NCBI GenBank assembly: GCA_013239625.1
Contig: MU053611.1
Coordinates: forward strand, 1 to 63,477
Length of the DNA stretch: 63,477 nucleotides
Source: Lama guanicoe
Lineage: Eukaryota
Direction: 5' to 3'
A model generated the notes under the pieces. That model did no database searches. It was not told the origin of the DNA and saw nothing but the letters and a program-made list of their open reading frames with translations. A program made the position numbers and the translations under genes. The first letter of the stretch is position 1. Each line of letters begins with the position of its first letter. This document shows positions 1 to 11,574 of this stretch, in pieces.

Positions 1-2896
1 ACTCCAAGTTTACACTAATGATCTCCTGCCTTTTCTTATTACACAGAAGACCTCAGTGAACCAATTTCCTCAACAATTAAACAACCGCCTCACTTCTTCA
101 ATTAAAAACAAAAACACAGCAAACTGACTAGTCCATCCATTAGAAATTCAGTCTGTCTTAATTTAGTTTTAATATATTTGTATGCTGTAAAACACCTTTA
201 TTCATGATGTTGTATATGTAATTTCTGATAAATGTTTATAACAATTCCTCAACACAAAATAGGTCTTATTCTTTAAACCTACTAAAAAAGTTTTCAATAA
301 CAATCAGAATTTCTACCATTATATTAATGTTAAGTTGACCAATTCTCAAGTGCTAACTATATAAACATCCACAATTAATTTATAGGGAGATAAACCGAGA
401 GGTACAAAGAAATACAGAAGAGCTTGTGAGATGTTGTCTAGGAGGCCAAGCTTTGAATTCCTGTCCGCTACTGCTCTGGATAGAAAAGAAAGCTAACTTT
501 ATACGTGAATGTTTAAATATAGCTTGTCTGAGATCTGCCATTCAGAATTTTCACAGAAGTCGTTTTAAATCGGGAGCACCACTGTTACAGCTCCTCTAGA
601 TCTAGGCCACAGCTGTTCACTCAGCCACAGTTTGGCACTCTTCCTTTGCTTTTCATGTTGTGCTTCTCTTGATTCTTGAAACATGATCTGCTTTAAGCTG
701 ACATGGTCGGTGCTCAACTGAAAGCTTCTACTTAACGCCTAAAGACTACGGAGAATGTTACACTGATTTTCTTAGCTATGCAGAAAGCATCTGAGGATGC
801 GCAGAGCTCACTCAACGGTGGTTGCCATAGCAGAGAATTAGCGGCAGTGTGTTCTGTTTACACTGGTAAGATGCTCACATTTGGTTTGCGTGGTGATGGA
901 TTGAGAGCTAAAGGTTTAGAACCAAGTAATCAGTGCTGAGTGTGTGTATTTCCAGGTCTTGAAGTTCAGTGAGGTTCAGAGTCACAACCGGGAAGTCAAC
1001 CAGCAGCAGAGCACCCACGAGAAAGCTAAGAAATTACTGGGTTGTAAATCTCCCAAAGACTAGAAAAGTTTAAAATATAAGTACTTGGAGCTGAAATCCA
1101 ATCTAATTAGTAGAATGCTTAAAACAAAACCAAATAAAACCATAATAAGAGTAATCCTGTGTCCCGATACACTACTGATGACATGGATCATAAACACGGC
1201 CAGTAGGCAGGATGAAAGGCTAATATTTAGAATGATAATTGTCCAAAGATAGGTAAATACTCTGCTGTGTTTACAGGGTAGTTGGGGGAGAGTGGACAAA
1301 TAGCAAAATGCCCTTCCTCAGTGGTAGCCAACCTGTTTGCTTCAACTTTGGAGACAGTAATGGGGATTTTATGTAATTTCTGGTAGGGTAGAATCCAGTT
1401 TAAAATGTGGTTTCCCCAGAGCCTAGAGGCAGCGGTAAGGAAGTAGCACTAACTCAGTGAATTCCGAGAGGAATAAATACGCGGAGAACTGCTAGCCGAT
1501 CATCAATTAATCCTGATAGCAGTTCCTTAGAAAGTTATTTTACTCACAGTAAAACTACATCCAATGGTTCCTGCTTTAACAGAAACACTTCCAGAGAATA
1601 TCTGATTTAAGGATGATGGGGTAAAACTGGCATTTCTTGCTTTCCTTCCTGAGAATTACCCAAAAAGCGATGAAAAACACCAAACACAAAATCAGCAAAT
1701 CAATTTTTATGAAAATGGGACAGTTAAACCCACAAAATAAAAACTAGATTAAAAGGTTGACAAAGCTTGAGAGGATGGAGTAGAAGGGCTCATGGGAAGA
1801 GGAGAAAGAACACTTCCTTTGTGAGTCTTCAGAAGAGCGGGTAGTGCAGAAGGTTCTGGAAGCTGGGGCACTCCCTGAGCTGCAAAACCAAAATCCTTAT
1901 TTACAACAGCACAAGCAAGATGCTTGCTCTTATAGTTGAAATTCCCCTGAACCAAGTTGAATTTCTAAAAGATGAAAAGGGGCTTTCTGAGAAATCATAC
2001 AAGCCATATCTGTGGGATTGTCTGTCCATTTGACAACAAAGGGGAAGAAAGTCTTGGTAGTGTGCACAGATCCATTTCAGAGGCTACATGAAGACACACA
2101 AAACCCTGGGTCAGAAAAGAAAATTTGGCTAGCTGGGAACATAGCCTTAGCTGATGCCCAAACATTTAGCTGTGGCTTATTATGTGCTTTATATTAAGAA
2201 AGAACCCAAAATAAGAGTTCACAATACTCTGTAGACTCAGTCATGATTTTGAACAAGTCCCAAATATCTACAATTATTTAAATTATAACTTCTAACCTTG
2301 TATTTTTCCAAATGCAAATACAGCATCAGGTCGAAATGTTTCATTATCTTCAAGTGAATATAAATACTGACACATTATTATTGAATCTGGATTTTAACCA
2401 TAATAAAGAAAATGGTACATACACACACGCAATCACGCACATGCATGCACACATACACTCTGTGAAAATACCTATATAGTTAAAAATTGAAGCAAATGAC
2501 TCCTTACCAAGTATCAAGTTATTATTTGTGGAATATAAATACAAATTAAATGGGATAAAGACGAAAAATGCTTCCTTTTGTAGCTCAAGTCTCAATGATC
2601 ACGTCTCCATTCATACATATGCAATGAGTGTCTATTCTTCACAGGAGGGAAAAGAAGAACATGGTATCCTTGACTTCAGGTAGCTCACAACTTGAGAAAT
2701 TAAAGTGCTTGAACACATACACACACATTATTAAAAGTACGGTATTTAAACATCAGCATAAGATCTCTCACACAGTGATGTAAGAAAAGGATCAAGATTT
2801 ACTCATACATTTAATCACCATGGTCTTCACTCCAGGCAGTTTAGTTTACTTATTGTCCTTTTAAAAATGCTATCTTAGTAAAGGGAATTAAAATGA

Positions 2897-2998
2897 CCAT
2901 GTTTCATCGAAGCTAAGATACCAATTGTTTGCTGTAAGAGGTACCACAATGTCAGAGACGGTAAAATGTGAAAAAAAAAATGTGCATCTTTGAAATAG
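2897..2998 (-). mobile_element. Tc2/mariner-type MITE, MER104-like (copies ~22505-22606 and ~43992-44093 on +)
   Basis: The opposite strand reads AAGATGCACATTTTTTTTTTCACATTTTACCGTCTCTGA...TCTTAGCTTCGATGAAACATGG, resembling my recollection of the MER104 consensus. Confidence 0.55.
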
Positions 2999-4789
2999 AG
3001 CATTAAGGCTCTTGGATACCTGACACATTCCCCAGTGTCGATGCAGTGCCCAGCCCATAGTGGGTCCTCAGAGCATTTGTTGACTGAATGAGATTATCTG
3101 CTTTCTGATCCTATTTATACTTAACTACATTGCCTTCAAACGTGTCAGGGAGTGTTGTCAACATTTTATATTAGTCACTCAGCCTGTGTGAGATGGAGGA
3201 CTGACCGAAACTTCTAGACACAGGGCTTAGACAGAAACCAGACTGTTTCTGAATAAGGAATTTCTTGTTACATAGAGTCTGTCCTTTAAACAGACACATG
3301 CGTTTGCTGAATGTCTTCTAAAAGATGAGTAACAGTGAAACGACCAAACTCTCATTTCCTAAGTAAATTTTTGATAGTGCATGCAATTTCTGTGGCTTCC
3401 CATTGTTTTAGAGTATCATATAATTTAACACTTTCTATCAAGTACGTGGTTCAGGAAAGTATAAATCATACAAATTACTAGGAACTAATGTAAAAGGAAG
3501 AAAATTTTGTAAGGCTTATTTTCAAAATGTCAAAACGAATGGGAAAAATCATATTCATTCTCAAACATTTTACAGTTGTATTTATTTAAAAACCCTAGTA
3601 GATGAATTCCCACTTATTTTACTTGAAGGTCAAATCATTCAATAGCACTACTTATTTACTTAAACTGACAGCCTGGTAATGACCTTCCTGAAACAGCTTA
3701 AAATTCTGGACAACTGATAATGCACTACAATCAAGTGGCTTTCTAACTTGTATATGCAGCTCATTATGAAAATAAATATTTTTAAAAATGAAATGAGTTT
3801 AATGTTGATACCAAAACCAGTTCTCTACGGGATTTTTACCTACATAGCTTTATTTTTCCATCTAAATCCAAAGTGGCTAATTTCTAACAAAGAAATATCT
3901 GTAACGATTTGCTTGAGTAAATCATAAAGAATCACAGGACTGTGAATTAATAACTTGACTCTCTTCCACTTCATAATGAGTGTATGGTCATTCCAACAGC
4001 AATATCAATTGTTAATAATATGCCTTTAAGTGTTAGCATATAATCTTTGTGTACTTCAAAATTCTGCAGGAGGACTGAATGGGACAAGTAAGTAAGATAA
4101 GTACATTTTGTTAAGATAAAGAAACCTTAAAAAAGTTATATTGGTTGTGATTTTATTTCAAAATAATTTTTATGTGTAACATAGCTAAGGTCAATCTCTA
4201 CTACTAGTAATTTGGGAATAATCAATTCTAGCTTTTTCTAGTTTCTACTAATTGCTCTGTCATGCTGAGGGCTAAAAATCAATAAAAAATCGGACAACTT
4301 GGTTATCCCCATGGAGGACCGAAAAATTGTAAAAGGCAAAGCACTGCTTTGGAAGATGCTTATATATGAGAAGCGATACCAATGAAAAATGACATTTTCT
4401 ACAGCATACGTGATTCGTTTTGACCTGAATACACCTGTGAAGGAATGTGGAATGGCAGAAATGAATACCCTGATTCTGTCACTGGAAAAATTGAGATTAA
4501 GAGAGGTTCTCATTTGCATAAGGTCAAGGCATTCAATGTTATTTTTTAGACTAAACTCTGAATATTTACCCTGGAATAAATTACTCAAAAAAAAAAACCA
4601 AACAAACAAACATTTTTAAGGCACGGTATGTTGTGAAACTTATGATGTCAGAGGTCAGAAATGAACAAAAGGGAATTTGGAAGTTGAAGTATACTTAATA
4701 CCTGTCTTTTGTCTCCATCTTTAGAAGCAAGTGAGAGCCACGTGCAGCAGTCAGAGAGCTGGACATCACAACACCACTTTCATAACTGC

Positions 4790-5435
4790 TGCCTTAAACT
4801 CGGCTTTACCTCCCAGACGTATGCAGACTCCAACCACTTTTCACTGCCTAATGCTACCAGTCAGTCCGAGCCATCAGCATTTCTTGCCTGCACTGTTGTA
4901 ATAGCCTCCTAACTGGTCTATCTGCTTATCTTTTTCTCCCTTGCTAAACACAACAGCCAGAGCAGGCTTTTAAAATGGTATCAGGGCTTCCCCTCTCACT
5001 TAGAGCCAAAGCACGACATCCTTCCATTGCCCCACTGCCTTTCTAACACCTCCTTTTTCAGTTTGTTCGGTCAGCTTGGCCTTAGTGTTTCTAGACCATG
5101 CCAGGTGCCCTTCTGCCTCAGGGCCTTTGGACGTGCTGTTCAGAGGTGCTTGGACTTCTTCAGTGACCTGCATGACTTGGTCCCTCACCTGTCGGGTACT
5201 TATTCAACAGTCGTCCTATCTGACATGCTTGCCCTGCTTCCCCCATTTCCACGTTTTTCTCCTTCACATTTTCTACCATTTAACATGCTGTCTACTTCAC
5301 TTGCTCGTTATAATTCTCCTGCTTAACTGAAATTCCACAAGGGCAGAAAGTTTGGCTGTTTTAAATTCAGTCCTGTGTCCTCAGAGTCTGGAACAGTGCC
5401 TGCCATGTAGATGCTACTCAACAGATATAAGCTGA
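4790..5435 (+). mobile_element. L2 LINE 3' remnant (copies ~20068-20713 and ~41555-42200 on -)
   Basis: L2 hallmarks AATAGCCTCCTAACTGGTCT, CAGCCAGAG and GAACAGTGCCTGCCATGTAG. Confidence 0.8.
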
Positions 5436-5764
5436 AAAAAACAGACCTTAATGGAGAGCCGTTAAAGCTGTGTAAATACGAGAGTGCGTGCAGAAAGAAT
5501 GAGATGAAAGCTGCAAAATAATATGGTGCTCTAGCCTGCTATAGGTGAAGAATGGCATCACTGGTCTCCCAAATTCATTCAGAAAATTCTTAATGCCATG
5601 GGATACATCTTGTAGTCAAGCAACTTCCCCAAATCCCCATCCTACTCACTAAACTTCCACCGTGTAGCTGACTTCTTTCATGCCACTGGTGATTGCCTCA
5701 GACTTGATCACTCACTGGGCAATGCATTAATCACCTGACATATATTTTCTTAATTAAACACATA

Positions 5765-5890
5765 TTGCCTCAATTTTTCCAAATGGGAAAACAGGCTTGA
5801 AAAACCCTAAGCAACTTTCCCAAATGATGTGACTGGGATTTGAACCCACATTTTCTTTCCTCAGAGCCTCAGCTTGTAACGATACTATTC
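5765..5890 (-). mobile_element. MIR SINE remnant (copies ~19612-19737 and ~41099-41224 on +)
   Basis: CTGGGATTTGAACCC B-box region plus the AAATGGGAAAACAGGCT core. Confidence 0.7.
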
Positions 5891-6199
5891 TCCCTCCTAA
5901 TAGAGGCCATTAGGCACGAACTCCCAAGTGTTTCTTAATTTTCTTTTCTGCTATATTGTCAGAAATGTTATTCCTTCTTTGGTTCTGGGTTAATAAACCA
6001 CCTATATTAAGAAGCCCACACTTCTTCTAATTATTTCTTATGTTATCATGAACCTTCAATCTCTCTCTCTACCCTCATGCCTTTGAAGTGAAATACAGAC
6101 CTAAATGTCTCCCATCTAAAATCAAAACAAGAGAATATAAAAATAAACAACAAAAAAAATTGCTTTAGACTGCATCTAAGCATCCTGCATCTCCCTGTG

Positions 6200-6990
6200 G
6201 TTACAGCCTTTATTCTCTACTCCCTTTTAAATCAAGCATGAATTATATGTCTGGGTCATATCTGAACTAGCTATCTCCCCTGGTCATTGACATTTCCTTA
6301 TCAATTCACTCTTATTTAGCCAGACTTATTCTGTGCCCAACCTTCTGCTGAAACTATTCATACTTCCTAATTATGAATGAATGTCATTCTTTTACATATT
6401 TTTTTCTGTACCGTTTGCTACTGCTTAAGGCTCTTTCTTCCTCTTTTGAGATCTTATCCTTCTTTTTGTCCTATGATCTCAGTCTCTCCTAATCCCTTTT
6501 CTGCCTTTTGTGACAGTTTTTCACTATTGCAGGACTACTCTTCCATGACTTGCCCCATTCACAGAGGGGTAACCAGGATTCAGTCCTCAGCTTGAAACTG
6601 CTCTCCTGCTGTCTAATCCTCTTTGGCATTCTCCTTGTCACCCCTACAGCTTTAAGCTCAAATTTTATGACTCCTATTTATGACTTCAAATTTTATGACT
6701 CAAAATTTATGTCTCCAATATCCCTTACTCAGACCTTTCCCCTCAGGCCCACGTCCATACTTCTCATTGCCTATTGGACGTCGTAAACTAGACAGCAACA
6801 GACATCTTGGAATCAACAAGTCTAACAACAAACACATGACCTAGCCTGTCACCCTTCCTCCAGCCAAAAAATCCACTGCTCTGGTTTTTCCTGAATCAGA
6901 GAATGTCCACTTTTCTCATTCAATTACACAACTCAGAAATAAAAGATACACCAGAGACTCCTCCTTTTCTTTCATACCCATATTAAATTG
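6200..6990 (+). mobile_element. L2 LINE internal remnant (copies ~18511-19301 and ~39998-40788 on -)
   Basis: Pyrimidine-rich, with L2-like TTGCCTATTGGACGTC...CATCTTGGAATCAACAAGTCTAA. Boundaries approximate. Confidence 0.6.
6658..6716. repeat. Short minisatellite, ~4 copies of ~14-15 bp (AAATTTTATGACTC)
   Basis: TCAAATTTTATGACTCCTATTTATGACTTCAAATTTTATGACTCAAAATTTATGTCTCC. Confidence 0.8.
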
Positions 6991-7057
6991 ATCCTAAAAT
7001 ACAATTCTGCCTCTCAAATAGTTCTTTATACTCTCATTTTCTATTTTTCCTCTGCTT

Positions 7058-7205
7058 CTTTTTTATTGTGGCAAAATACACATAATATAACTAATAAAAA
7101 ATTTACTATCTTAACCGTGGTAAGCATACAGTTCAGTGGTATTAAATACATTCACATTGTTTTGCAACTCACCACCATTCATTCCCATGACTCTTTTCAT
7201 CTCGT
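7058..7205 (-). mobile_element. Old L1 (L1MA/MB-type) 3' end fragment (copies ~18296-18443 and ~39783-39930 on +)
   Basis: TTTTATTGTGGCAAAATACACATAA...CAGTTCAGTGGTATTAAATACATTCACATTGTT is a typical antisense L1M 3' terminus. Confidence 0.75.
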
Positions 7206-7285
7206 CTTCTTTTTTCTTTAGCTTTTTTAAATTGAAGTATACCTGATTTACAGTGTTGTGTTAATTTCAGGTAGAGAGCAAAATG

Positions 7286-7782
7286 CCTCAGATAGTGATT
7301 GAGTGGTGCCTACACTGTGCTAGGTGCCAGGGAAGCAATGATAAATAAAGCGTGACTCCTTCTCTCAAGTTGCTCACAGTCTAATCAGGGAGACAGACAT
7401 GGGAAAAATTACAATGGCAAGTGCTTTGTTAAACATATTCAGAAAATGCCATTAGGGGAACAGAGGCTGGAGTAGTTTGTTTAGTCATAGTCTATTTTTA
7501 TTGTTTCATGTGCCATGTATACTTTCATTTTTCTCTTTTTTGCCCCCTAGCTCACAGCAGACACCATAATACAGAATATCTTGTCATCTGTTCAATTAAG
7601 TGTTTGAATATATTTCCATGAGAAAAATAACAATGTCTTTGTAACTTTTCTGTAAATCTAGAACTGTTCTAAAATTTAAAAACTTATATAAAAATAACAC
7701 AAAGGACTATGTTTTTGTCTAAAAAGAAGTAATACTGATAAATAAATCAAGTTCCCATTCAGTCCACATATATTTCCCCTCT
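7286..7782 (+). repeat. Direct copy of 28898-29394 (also 50385-50881) embedded in the left arm
   Basis: CCTCAGATAGTGATTGAG...TATTTCCCCTCT matches at offset 21612. Confidence 0.95.
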
Positions 7783-7899
7783 ACATTTTAGGTTATTGTA
7801 AGATGTTGAATATAGTTCCCTGTGCTATATAGTAAATCTTGTTTATCTATTTTGTATATAGTACTCAACATGTATATCTGTTAATTCCAAACTCTTAGA

Positions 7900-8099
7900 T
7901 CCCCTCTTCTTAGTAATTTTGACTATTGTTCTCAGAGCCTATTACCTCTTTCCCACATCCATTTTTTTTGTCTAAAATTCCCCTGCATTCCTCTAAATTA
8001 GTTAAAACCTGCAAGAAGATGCAAATTGATTAACGTGCAGCAGTTTAAACATGAGCACTAATTCCAATTTTGAAAAATAAATGTGGCCATTTTTAGCAT
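7900..8099 (+). repeat. Direct copy of 29387-29586 (also 50874-51073) embedded in the left arm
   Basis: TCCCCTCTTCTTAGTAATTTTG...TTTTTAGCAT matches at offset 21487. Confidence 0.95.
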
Positions 8100-8859
8100 A
8101 ATAGGTTCATTTGTATCCTTTTTTCAGATTCCACATATAAGTGATACAATTTATTTGTCTTCCTCTGTTTGACTTACTTCCCTAGTGCGAATGGATCCTC
8201 TAATTCCAGACTTCTCCTGCTATCATAAATCCTGTCAGTAGCTGATTCACCACCCTACTCTTCCTTGTCAGTAATTGGAGGAGGAGATGACTTACTATTG
8301 AGTAAGTGAAGCAAGGACATTTTGAGTGACTGTCCTCCACATCTGTAGAAACCATGACACTAATTCAAATAAATAAACAGTAGGAGACGCCAGGATCAGC
8401 AACAATAGGTGACTCATGTGTTACCTCACCACAAATTCACCAGCCTTCTATCTGTCTTTCTTGTCTAAGCTTCAGAAAGGCCAGATAGAAGTCTTTAAAT
8501 ACCCTGCGGCGGTGTTAAGATGTCAAGGGGAGAGCAAGACCTGACAGTCTGCTAAGCTTTCCAAACTAGGAATAGCTTTTTTTTTTTTTAATGCATGCGT
8601 GGTATTCTCTTGCAACAAGTATCTTACTAGTTAAGTGTGGCATTAGTCAAAGTGAATGTCAATTCTTAATTAAGAGACAGACAGTAGGAGTTGCATTTGC
8701 TTCTGGTAAATCCAAAACAGGAAAGTTTAATTTACTTGAAGGTTAGAGGTTGGAATAAGTCAAATATGATTCCTTGCCATGGGCCATGGACAGATACACC
8801 CTCTCCCTCCAGACCTACTTGAACAGGCTTCTTTCCAAAAAGTCGCAGGTTCTGTATCA

Positions 8860-9075
8860 TCAGGGCTTCCAGACAGCCTTCTCTGACTCTCTTATTTGAA
8901 TTCAAAGACATCTTTTTGTGATGTCTTTGTACATATGTATCATAACATTTAATACACTGTGTCATAAATTTTCATGAACGTTTCTCCCTACTCCACCAGA
9001 ACATGAAAAGGGGAATAGATTTTATTCAACTTGTGCCAGCAGGGTCAAGCAGTATGAAATTGTACACTGAGCATG
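8860..9075 (+). mobile_element. L2 3' remnant spanning the 8929 breakpoint
   Basis: Degenerate L2-like 3' end (CTTCCAGACAGCCTTCTCTGAC...TATCATAACATTTAATACACTG). Confidence 0.5.
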
Positions 9076-10174
9076 GTGTATAATTGTTAGTAAAATTTAA
9101 AAAAGAGAATGATGCAGGAAAGTGGGGAGGAAAAGGAGAGAGGGAGGGCAGGAAAAAAAAAAGTGACAGGGAAGGAAGAAATCCAGACTGAACTTTTTGA
9201 GGGTACAGTAACTCTCAAACTTAAGTTTCCAAGCCATTTTGACAGGCTAACTCATTCCTATTGTGATATCCTGATGTTACAATGTTGAAAATTATTCCAT
9301 GGAGCAAGGGTGAGCTATTAATTCTGCTCACCCGCTGACAATTACTTACCTTTCTGTGACAGTACAATGAAGTAGTAATTGTAATTTCAAAGAAGTATGT
9401 AAGAAGCTGTCATACCATAACTCCACCGAAGCAACTGTTATGGTCAATTAGGTGAATAATAATTGCTTTAAAAAGTCGTTAAATAGTTTTAATGATGGAC
9501 ACTAATAGCTCCTTTGGAGCTGTTAGTTGGATCAATAATTCATATTTTAAAAACACTGAAAGTACATATTTTTACATTAGATTATTAGGGTTTCCTCAGT
9601 CAATATCTTCTGAAGTAATAGATTTACATAGTTAGCAGTTTTGTAAGTAATTCAATATATTTCTATGTCAATCAAACAGATTATGATAATTAAAATTAAA
9701 CAGCTCACTCCTTCTAAACCTCTCTGATTGATTATGGAAGTAAAAAGTATGTAGAAACTGAAAAAGTAGAAAATTCTTATTACGTTTTAGAAATAATTTT
9801 TTGTATTTAAATAACTATTTCAAACAATCATAAGAAATCACAATATTGCTGGGTTTTAGTCAAATAGTTCTGGAAGTAAATCTTTTTAACCATCTTCTGG
9901 AAAAAGGTAATCACTGAGAAAATAAAATGTTATATTTTCTTTATAGGAATTTTCAAATAAGTTTTTAGTTATATATTATTCTTATATTGATGTTAAATAA
10001 TATGATTTTTATGAATAGGAGATGGAATCAAATTACGAGTCATATAATTTGGGCAATCCTTATTTTATAGGTTTGTAAAATCCCTTAGCTTCCTTTTTAC
10101 CTAGTTCCCATTGGTTTGCACATTTTATTCTGGGTTGTTTCTATTGTATTTCTAAGAATTACAGTCTTTTTGGA

Positions 10175-10410
10175 TTCAGCAAACATTTATTGATTGATTA
10201 GTATGTGGAATACATTATATACATTTTTTTCTTCAAAAATCATATACTTAACCGGTGTAATAACTCAGAATGTTCAATATTACCTTTTTTATTTTCCTAC
10301 TGAAGAAATTTTGGTTTTAAATGACTCTCTCATTATCACTTAGAAGGTGATTCCAGAACTTGGATTTAGTCTTGTGACCCCAGGTTAAGTGTTTTCTCAC
10401 TAGTACAAAG
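10175..10410 (-). mobile_element. MIR/L2-tail remnant (four copies within the palindrome arms)
   Basis: CAGCAAACATTTATTGA start, TTTTCCTACTGAAGAAATT core and CAGAACTTGGATTTAGTCTTGTGACCCC end. Confidence 0.5.
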
Positions 10411-10719
10411 CTGCTCAGAATTACCCTTTTAATACCCTAGAAACTTTGACAAACCACTGTGAATCACTGCCAGTAGATGAAGGATTTGGGACTCAGCATT
10501 ACCCCCAAGTTCCCTTTCCCTTTCTATTTGAACAATGGCATTTAATGCAAAAGGCAGGATGTTAGTGAAGACTTTTCAAATGTCTCTATTGCACATCTTA
10601 ACATGACCATTTAAGAGCTCCTGTTTATTCTCCCTTCCAAATACCTCATTACCTGTGCCAATCCTGGTTTTCGTTTCTCCTTAAATTTACCATTCTTCCA
10701 TGATGTGAGTGCTTACCTA

Positions 10720-10895
10720 TGTTCTCTCTCCCTCCTCTCTTTCTCCCTCCCCTTCCCCTTTTCCCCCCTTCTCCACCCTCTTGTTTTGTCTCTCTCTCTT
10801 TCCCTTCTGATCACGTTTGCATTCTTTCTCTCGCTCCATCGCTTTTGCTCTGTCTTCTCACTTTCCTCTTCTGCTCTCAGATATCACTCTCTCTG
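10720..10895. repeat. CT-rich polypyrimidine low-complexity tract (copies 15162-15337, 32207-32382, 36649-36824)
   Basis: Almost pure C/T run seen directly. Confidence 0.9.
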
Positions 10896-11159
10896 AGAAT
10901 CTTATAATTCCTCATTCATTCCTATATAGAGCAGTCAGTTCAGCTTTATGTTTTATTCCCAAATGTCAGCACTCAAATCTATCAAGGCCATTAAAATATC
11001 ATTTAAAAGGACACTCCATTTAAAAGGAACAGGCACCTAAGAAGGCAGTTTACTGGTACTTTTCTATTACTGAAACAATCTTAGGGTGGCTAAGAACTAA
11101 ACAAACAGCAAACAGAGAGAGAGGGGCAGATTTCCCCTAGGAAGATATTATCGAATGAG

Positions 11160-11480
11160 ATTCTTCCATTCTTATTACATAACGTTGGTGAGTGTATCAA
11201 GAAACATTAGTGGCGATGCAAACTAGGGTAATATTTCTTGAGGTGACTGTGTATGTATCTGTGTTTTAAAAATTATGTATCTTTTGACCTACTAAATTTC
11301 AATTTTAGTCCTATGTTCTAAGAAAATTATTAGATAAACTGCACATTATCTAGAAAATTAGTGGAACATTGTTTATAAGGGAAATTGGAAATATTATCAA
11401 TAGGTAATTGTTTGAGTGAATTATGGTATAATCTAACAGAACATGGTACATTATTAAAGTAAAAAAGTATATGTATATAT
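11160..11480 (+). mobile_element. Ancient L1 (L1ME-like) 3' ORF2/UTR remnant
   Basis: GTTGGTGAGTGT...TATCTTTTGACCTACTAAATTTCAATTTTAG...TGAATTATGGTATAATC pattern. Confidence 0.55.
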
Positions 11481-11574
11481 TTTTGATGTAATATACAAGA
11501 AATTTATTTCCAGAATTTTTTTTTAAATTATGCTCCAAAAGAATAGCTATGGTATGGGCCATTTCTATGTAATA

